The notes below the pieces were generated by a model. That model made no database searches and was not told the DNA's origin. It saw only the letters and a program-made list of their open reading frames with translations. A DNA stretch of 64,000 nt from Candidatus Delongbacteria bacterium (GTDB lineage: Bacteria; CAIWAD01): contig OY760505.1 in NCBI GenBank assembly GCA_963663545.1, positions 384,001 through 448,000 on the forward strand, read 5' to 3'. Positions 58,025 through 64,000 of this stretch are shown here, piece by piece. The translations under genes and the position numbers were made by a program. Position 1 is the stretch's first letter; every line of letters begins with the position of its first letter.

Positions 58025-59318
58025 ACTGCAGCAGAAGAACTCGGCGCAGCGCGACATTCCCCGCCTCATCGCTCACCCGCAGAAAGCGCAGCCCGCTGCT
58101 GCCGCTGAACTCGATGGAGAGCGGCTGCGATTGTCCCTGCAGGCCGTGTTGCGAAAGGCGCTGTGTCACGCGTCCCAGCAGGTCGATGACTTCGATAGTG
58201 AGCCGACCCTCGCGCGCGGGCGTGATCCAAACGGTCGTGGAAGGATTACAGGGATTGGGAAAGGGTGCGCTCAGTTCCAGTCGTGCTGGCTGCAGCGGTG
58301 TATCACGGCGTGACACATCCACGCTCTCCGCATAAAGGGAATCGGCAAAACGCAGCGCATAAGGGAAGCGCGCCGTCAGGATGTCGTTGTGGCCGCCACC
58401 GGATATCTCATCCAGCCGGACCGCCAGGCCGTTCTGCTCCATGGTCTGGAAGAGGCTGCGGTTGCAGTCGATCCAGATGCTGTCGGCATCACCGCACTGC
58501 AGATAGAACACTGGAGGCTGTGTCACGCTGGCGGCCAGTGATACGGGATCGTGCTCGCGCCAGCGGTCAAAGACGGTTTGGATCACCTGTCCTGAGTCAT
58601 CCACCGGCAGATCCACCTGATAGGGCAGGCTTTGCAGATTGGGCGAGAAGGCCGCGCTGGTGCTGTAGAGAATCTGACTCCAGGTGCCAATGACGGGATT
58701 GTAGGGCCCGTTGCCGCCGTTCTCCTGCAGCGCCAACTCCGTGATACCGTTCAGCGCAATCTCCAGATCCACCACACCGCCGAAGGTGCAGACGGTACCG
58801 AAAACGCCCGGCCAGAGCATGCCGATGGAAGCCGCTCCGCAGCCTCCCATGCTATGACCGATCAGCGCGCGTGCATCACGCTCCGCAATGGTGTGATACT
58901 CGGCATCCACCCAGGCCACCAGCTCCTCCGCTACGAAGGAGGCAATGGGGCCGTTGAGCTCGCTGTCCGCCCACCAGGTCAGGCCGCCGTAGTAATCGCC
59001 GTTGCCGTTGGGCATCACGGCGATGCAAGGATGAATGTAGCCCGCAGGCGGTGATCCGACCTCGCTCCAGATCAGCTCGTCCAGCGCGTCGGTGAACATG
59101 GGATAGGAGGCGTTGTTCACGTATCCGCCGTGCAGGAAATAGACGACCGGATAGTGCGTGTCCGTATCACCGGCGTCGTAGCCCTCGGGCAGGTAGACGC
59201 GCACGTTGCGGCTCTCCAGCATTCCTTCGCTGAAGCACGTGCGGGATTCGATGCTACTCTCGGCGTGACACAATCCCGTCAGGAGAAGTAGGGAAACACT
59301 GATCACCTTCAGCTTCAT
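58023..59318 (-). CDS. Secreted esterase (alpha/beta hydrolase) with sorting tail
   Basis: VYLPEGY, YPVVYFLHG, GHSMGG, PFPNPCNPST. Confidence 0.9.
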   Translation of the reverse strand: MKLKVISVSLLLLTGLCHAESSIESRTCFSEGMLESRNVRVYLPEGYDAGDTDTHYPVVYFLHGGYVNNASYPMFTDALDELIWSEVGSPPAGYIHPCIAVMPNGNGDYYGGLTWWADSELNGPIASFVAEELVAWVDAEYHTIAERDARALIGHSMGGCGAASIGMLWPGVFGTVCTFGGVVDLEIALNGITELALQENGGNGPYNPVIGTWSQILYSTSAAFSPNLQSLPYQVDLPVDDSGQVIQTVFDRWREHDPVSLAASVTQPPVFYLQCGDADSIWIDCNRSLFQTMEQNGLAVRLDEISGGGHNDILTARFPYALRFADSLYAESVDVSRRDTPLQPARLELSAPFPNPCNPSTTVWITPAREGRLTIEVIDLLGRVTQRLSQHGLQGQSQPLSIEFSGSSGLRFLRVSDEAGNVALRRVLLLQ

Positions 59319-59346
59319 ATTCCACTCCAATGTGTGTATCACCAGA

Positions 59347-59910
59347 CTACTTGGTCCCGATGTCATCGGCTCCATACTCGCCAAGCAACTCCCTTACGAG
59401 CTTAGCACCGTGATGCAATTGATAGCACTGCAATTGCAGCGCAGCATTCACCATGGCGATCGTCTTTGCCTGCTCCTGTACACCGTGTTGTACTTGAACA
59501 CCATGATCGGCCAACCAGGGAATCACTTCGGACCAGCGCCACAACCGTGGCCTTGAAGTCATGCCACGCATGGGAAGGGGGAACCGACCAGCGCCGCGCT
59601 TTCCGGCTGCCAGCAAGCGAATACTCTCGCGTGTTCTTCCTGTCCGTCGACTGATATCCGCCAGTGTCACCAGTTCATCCGGCTCGATATGCGCAACACA
59701 GCCCGCCCCTAGAACCTGCTCCACCTGCTTCATGGCCGTGGAAAGCGCTTCCGCGAAACAGCCTGCCTCACGCGTGAAATCCAGATAGGGGATTTCATCT
59801 ACAGCCCCTACAAGAGCGTCGTCGCAGCCAGCACGAAAAAGGGCATCAACTTGTTCCTCACTTAGCTCAGGCACGCGCAGTACCAGGGTAAAGTCGAATT
59901 CCTTCATCAT
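59347..59910 (-). CDS. Putative antitoxin (HicB-like N-terminus plus HTH)
   Basis: LFRAGCDDA, LDFTREA, LVTLADISRRTGRTRESIR, FPLP. Confidence 0.7.
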   Translation of the reverse strand: MMKEFDFTLVLRVPELSEEQVDALFRAGCDDALVGAVDEIPYLDFTREAGCFAEALSTAMKQVEQVLGAGCVAHIEPDELVTLADISRRTGRTRESIRLLAAGKRGAGRFPLPMRGMTSRPRLWRWSEVIPWLADHGVQVQHGVQEQAKTIAMVNAALQLQCYQLHHGAKLVRELLGEYGADDIGTK

Positions 59911-60149
59911 TCGTCCTCCTGATGCGGGCAGGCATCCACACGCCGTCTGATTTGACGCGCATGATTCTCAGGACTTCGTGGCGTAGACCAGATGGACAGC
60001 TGGCAGGAATCCCGACTTGCTCCCTGGCAGAATGCGCGTCCCCAGGCATGGCCACTATGTCCTGACTTCTCAACTCGCCAACCGCATGCCGCGGCATAAC
60101 GCAAAGCAGCTTCAATTTCCTTCTTCGGGTGACGGGTACGAGTTGACAT
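59907..60149 (-). CDS. Putative HicA-like small toxin
   Basis: HPKKEIEAAL...GWRV...HAWG...SIWSTPR; overlaps its partner gene. Confidence 0.6.
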   Translation of the reverse strand: MSTRTRHPKKEIEAALRYAAACGWRVEKSGHSGHAWGRAFCQGASRDSCQLSIWSTPRSPENHARQIRRRVDACPHQEDE

Positions 60150-60154
60150 GGTGG

Positions 60155-60200
60155 AAACTAGTAGCTGTGTTGTCATTTGTCAACACTATTTGCAGACAAA
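60155..60200 (-). promoter_or_regulatory. Sigma-70 promoter with overlapping operator
   Basis: TTGACA-17-TAGTTT ending 5 nt before the ATG; inverted repeat TTTGTC-N13-GACAAA. Confidence 0.65.
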
Positions 60201-60251
60201 CTAACACTGAAGAACTGCAGTGTCAGAAGACTGTTACACTATTGCCCTAAC

Positions 60252-60509
60252 TCATCTCAGCTCGCGAAGAAAGGCCTTCAGTTCAGCCTTCACTTCGGCA
60301 GATAGGCGACTGTCGGGAATGCCGCGCACGGCGCCTTCAATGCCGTAGAGCATGTGCAGGCAGGCGCCCGCATCCACGTGTCGGCGAATGCGTTGGAAGG
60401 CTTCCCGTGATCCAAGACTGCGCAGCTCCTCCGGTGTCTCAATACCCACTTTCTGCAGATGACTGGCCAGCACTTTGCCCACGTTGGGTAGTTCCAGCAG
60501 CGTCTTCAT
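60252..60509 (-). CDS. TfoX C-terminal domain protein
   Basis: LPNVGK...VGI...LRSLGS...CLHMLYGIEGA. Confidence 0.88.
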   Translation of the reverse strand: MKTLLELPNVGKVLASHLQKVGIETPEELRSLGSREAFQRIRRHVDAGACLHMLYGIEGAVRGIPDSRLSAEVKAELKAFLRELR

Positions 60510-60532
60510 GTGTCACGTCTCCCGTTTTTGTG

Positions 60533-61435
60533 TCACGCTGTCCCTTGCCCTTTGCGCAACTCGACTTGTCGCGAAAGCCAGCGCGGCAACACCCCAAGTG
60601 CCAGAGCGGTTCCCATCAGTGTCAGCGCCATTCCGGCCAACAATCGCGCTGTGATGGGCTCAGCCAGAAAGAGGCGTCCCCAGAGTACGGCGAAGACGGG
60701 AATCAGGAAAGTGACGCTTGTCGCCGCCAGCGGTCCGGTGCGCTGAATCAGCCGGTAATAGATGATGGTGGGAGCCGCGGTGCAGACTAGTGCCAGCGCA
60801 ATTACCGCCGCCCACATGCCGGGTGCCGGTGATACCTCCGGCCAGGCCAGAGTGCCAGCTGGCAGCTGCAGCAGCGCGGCAAAGAGCAGACTACCTCCCG
60901 CCAACAATGTTGGTGATACATGAGCCAGCTTCTCGCGCGTGTAGTTAGCGCCAATGCCGTAACACAGACTGGCCACCAGCGCAGCCACAACCGCCCAGCC
61001 GCTGCCGCCCGCTTGGAAACTCAGTTTGTCCAGCGAAAGCAGAGCGACTCCGCCCATGGCCACCAGCAAACCCGAAGCCTGTCGCGGCGTGATACGCGTT
61101 CCCAACCAGACGGCGGCCACCAGTACGGTGAAAATAGGCGTTGTGGCGTTGAGCAGGCTGGCCAGCCCCGCCTCCAGACTGAGACTGGCGTAGGCTAGCA
61201 GCGTGAAAGGCAGGGCTGAAGAGATGAATCCAGCGATCACCAATAGCCAGCGATTCTGCCAGAGCACGCGACGAGCTCGCGCAGACAGGAAGAAGGGCAG
61301 CAGCGCCACACCAGCAAAGGAAAGACGCATCAGGATCAGACTGAAGGGGCCGAAGGCGGGTGCAGCCAGACGCAGAAAAAGAAAGCTGGCGCCCCAGACG
61401 GCGGAAAGCAGTAGCAACAGAAGGGAATCCAGCAC
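60533..61435 (-). CDS. DMT/EamA transporter
   Basis: WGASFLF, LLNATTP, about 10 TM segments. Confidence 0.92.
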   Translation of the reverse strand: MLDSLLLLLLSAVWGASFLFLRLAAPAFGPFSLILMRLSFAGVALLPFFLSARARRVLWQNRWLLVIAGFISSALPFTLLAYASLSLEAGLASLLNATTPIFTVLVAAVWLGTRITPRQASGLLVAMGGVALLSLDKLSFQAGGSGWAVVAALVASLCYGIGANYTREKLAHVSPTLLAGGSLLFAALLQLPAGTLAWPEVSPAPGMWAAVIALALVCTAAPTIIYYRLIQRTGPLAATSVTFLIPVFAVLWGRLFLAEPITARLLAGMALTLMGTALALGVLPRWLSRQVELRKGQGTA

Positions 61436-61516
61436 GCGGCCTCCGGAATGGTCATCTTCAAGGCCACAAGGTAGGAAGGGAGCGGGGTTCTATCTGGAGT
61501 TGAGACTCGCACCGCC

Positions 61517-61556
61517 AATAAAAGGAGACTCCCGCCACATTGCGCAGGAGTCTCCT
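61517..61556 (-). terminator. Intrinsic terminator
   Basis: AGGAGACTCC...GGAGTCTCCT stem followed by TTTATT. Confidence 0.75.
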
Positions 61557-61584
61557 GTTGTTGCTGAAGCAGTAGACGAACGGA

Positions 61585-63675
61585 CTAGTTCTTGCCAGGC
61601 ATCTCTTGATGTTCCACAGTCTCAAGCTCACCCGTACGCGCCATCAGCGGGCCTTGCGGGTTGAATGTGACGATCGTGTTGGTTCCATGATAACCGACAG
61701 ATCCAGAATAGGTCTGCGACCAGCCGAAGGCCTGCACAACCACAGTGTAATTCGTCGGCGATACGCCCGCATAATGATGCACCTGAACCGTGTACTCGCC
61801 CAGCGGGGCACTATCCGGCGGCCAGAAAATGTTCTCCGGTCCGTAGCCATTGGTGTCATCAAAATCCAGTTGTCCGCCGGTTGCCGACGAAGTGTGCGCG
61901 TACCAAATGTGCTCGCCGCTTGGCTCATAGACATGCAGATCCATATCGGAAGTATTGTCCCAGCTAAGCGTAACGATCACATCTCCCGTTCCCACGCCTA
62001 CGGTCACCGTGTGACTCACCGTGGCGCATTCGTCGTATGGATCACAGACCTGAAGCGTAACATCGAATGCACCCGGATCATTGAAGGTGTGACTCACGAT
62101 CTCCCGTCCAAGGAGTCCCGTATCCCACACTCCGTCACCATTGAAATCCCACTGATAGGTCAACTCGTCGGGCTCGGAGAGGTCATCCCAGGTTCCGCTT
62201 GGATCGAAGGAGAACTCGGTTCCTACCGTTCCATACGTGGCGGAAGAAGTGAATACGGGATTGGGCGGGTCGTTCTCCGGCCCGCTATCCTCGGCAATCA
62301 GTCGCTCAATCAGATTCCCATTCCAGCTATAAGCAAGGGCATCGTCCAGAATCTCGACCTGAAAACCCAGGGTGGCATCCAGCCCGGCATACAAGCTCCA
62401 CTCCCAGTGCTCCGGATTCAGCTCGGCAAGCCCTTCCCAGCGCATGTACGGACGCAGCCCTACACGGGGGCCGGCAACACTGTAGAGCAAGGCGCGCAAG
62501 TCGGTTCGCATACATCCGCTGGCGCTCATCTGCCCACTCACGTTCCAATCCGGCTCCGCCGCATCAAAACTGTCCGTGAACTCATTGATGGGCGACCACT
62601 GCCCATTCTCGTACTCGGCTCCGGATTTGAACGTTGTGTGATAACTAAAACCGGTCTGGATGTAGCCGTTGACTTCAGCACTGAAGGCATAACCAACGTA
62701 GAGGTCCAGATAGAAAGTCATGAAGACAGGCACAGGGCCAATGGCGAAGTGAACCGTCCCCATGTTGAAGGTCGTGATCAGCACTGAGTCTTCCCTGGCG
62801 AAGCCCGCGCTGGCCTCCGCGCGCACGTTGACCGCAAGTGTTGCTGGAATTCTAGTCTGCAGTTTGAACTGCTCGAGATGCAGATCCTGCACTCGGCAGG
62901 CGACATCAACGCAAGTGTTGTAGCTGAAGTGCGAATTCGGCATGGTTACACTCACGTGTGCCGGACCAACATTTCCACTCCATAGCGAACCGCCGAAGAC
63001 GTAGCCAAAACGATCGTGACTCATCTGGACGCCGGGTGCCATGTACTCCACCCGCATCTCGTCCGGGTCCATGCAAATTGTGCCAATGAATTCGCCACTG
63101 GTAACCGCATCCACCAGTTCCACAAGCTCCGTCAGTACCCGTGTAAACCAGCCGTCACGCATGCGCACGGTTTCCACGCTGACGATACGTCGCAGGAAGG
63201 GGTACTGTTGGTTGCCCACCAGCACATCGCCCACCTGATAGCCCGGATCCTCCAGACTGAGGAGCTCAATCACGCCACTTTCGGAGTCAAACGACTGAAT
63301 CTCCGTCGTCTCGTCCACAACCTTGGTCGTGCTTGGGATCACGGGCACCATCAGCGATCGAACACGAAACTTCACTAGATCGCTGTACACATTTGCGTAA
63401 GAAGCGAAATCGACATAGATCGTATTCTGGCCGGGGTAAACACTCTCGCCCACATCGCCGGAGAGGAACTCTTGGGGAATCGTATTGAACAGATACCCTG
63501 CGTCCAAAGACACTTCCAATTGTATTGTAGATGGCTCACCACTTAACTGATAGTCGACGATGACCATGCCGCTGCCATCGGCAATCTGCTGGAAACTGAC
63601 TGAACTGATCGTCTGGGCTCTCAGCGCGCTGCATGCGGCCAGGAGTAGCACCAGAACGGCAACAGACTTCTTCAT
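61585..63675 (-). CDS. Secreted PKD + YfaP(DUF2135)-like protein
   Basis: Signal peptide; YQWDFNGDG PKD motif; LSWDNTSDMDLHV...GYGPENI. Confidence 0.85.
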   Translation of the reverse strand: MKKSVAVLVLLLAACSALRAQTISSVSFQQIADGSGMVIVDYQLSGEPSTIQLEVSLDAGYLFNTIPQEFLSGDVGESVYPGQNTIYVDFASYANVYSDLVKFRVRSLMVPVIPSTTKVVDETTEIQSFDSESGVIELLSLEDPGYQVGDVLVGNQQYPFLRRIVSVETVRMRDGWFTRVLTELVELVDAVTSGEFIGTICMDPDEMRVEYMAPGVQMSHDRFGYVFGGSLWSGNVGPAHVSVTMPNSHFSYNTCVDVACRVQDLHLEQFKLQTRIPATLAVNVRAEASAGFAREDSVLITTFNMGTVHFAIGPVPVFMTFYLDLYVGYAFSAEVNGYIQTGFSYHTTFKSGAEYENGQWSPINEFTDSFDAAEPDWNVSGQMSASGCMRTDLRALLYSVAGPRVGLRPYMRWEGLAELNPEHWEWSLYAGLDATLGFQVEILDDALAYSWNGNLIERLIAEDSGPENDPPNPVFTSSATYGTVGTEFSFDPSGTWDDLSEPDELTYQWDFNGDGVWDTGLLGREIVSHTFNDPGAFDVTLQVCDPYDECATVSHTVTVGVGTGDVIVTLSWDNTSDMDLHVYEPSGEHIWYAHTSSATGGQLDFDDTNGYGPENIFWPPDSAPLGEYTVQVHHYAGVSPTNYTVVVQAFGWSQTYSGSVGYHGTNTIVTFNPQGPLMARTGELETVEHQEMPGKN

Positions 63676-63685
63676 GATCCCACTC

Positions 63686-64000
63686 CTACTTGATCAGCGT
63701 GATTTTCTGGTTCGTCACCTTTAAGCCGCCTTTCAATTGAACGAAGTAGAGGCCACTCGACAGGCTTTCACCGTTCAACTCGGCTACATGCACTCCGGCA
63801 TCTTGCAATCCTGTATATAACGTGCGAACGACTTGTCCCTGCACATTATAAACCTGAAGAGTGCACTCGCAGGTCTGATCAAGCGAGTATTCTATGCTGG
63901 TTGTCGGGTTGAAGGGGTTGGGATGCACGCTGGAAATCTCGAAAGTCAAAGGTGTTTCAAAGGCTGAAGCGGTGCCGTCGCTAATTCTGAACGGGTTTGA
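63686..64000 (-). CDS. 3' end of a protein with T9SS-A-like tail (5' end off window)
   Basis: HPNPFNPTT...SGLYFVQL...KITLIK. Confidence 0.85.
   Translation of the reverse strand, partial: SNPFRISDGTASAFETPLTFEISSVHPNPFNPTTSIEYSLDQTCECTLQVYNVQGQVVRTLYTGLQDAGVHVAELNGESLSSGLYFVQLKGGLKVTNQKITLIK

Noticed and set aside
60252-60509. TfoX gene as proof that the heptamer is a DNA uptake sequence
   Set aside because: Stand-alone TfoX-C proteins are widespread and not diagnostic of competence.
1-64000. tRNA/rRNA genes, prophage, integrase
   Set aside because: None recognised by eye; not excluded without tRNAscan or Infernal.

Overview
Bacterial chromosome segment of about 58-60% GC (judged by eye), almost all genes on the minus strand. 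It probably comes from a flagellated FCB-superphylum lineage; this is inferred from the many secreted proteins ending in a 'PNPFNPST...LLLK' T9SS-type-A/FlgD-like tail. Left part: rpsA (partial), a lamin-tail protein, two FG-GAP proteins bracketed by 125-bp direct repeats, an aminotransferase, plsC-cmk-rluB(tandem-repeat tail)-scpB-scpA, an Ntn-hydrolase, a metal permease and an ECF sigma/anti-sigma operon. Middle: flhB-flhA-(REC-GAF-HD-GYP)-flhF-degenerate flhG-fliA with an HDOD protein and two kinase-like proteins that lack the ATPase domain. Right part (38-61 kb): accessory genes, several toxin-antitoxin pairs (some decayed), two low-GC genes with attC-like relics, a complete IS110 element, ettA, and a DUF3800 gene with a 3' hairpin between ~275-bp direct repeats. 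Three signals stand out. (1) The IS110 element (52979-54338), whose bridge RNA, guides, CT cores, circle-junction promoter and palindromic target can all be read from the sequence. (2) A highly iterated heptamer GTGAYAC/GTRTCAC (>100 copies by eye, about 15 expected) that overrides codon bias. (3) Repeat-flanked cassettes sharing a CCGACTCC-GGAGTCGG palindrome, one carrying a DUF3800 gene plus a candidate RNA. All calls are from motif recognition by eye; no searches were run.
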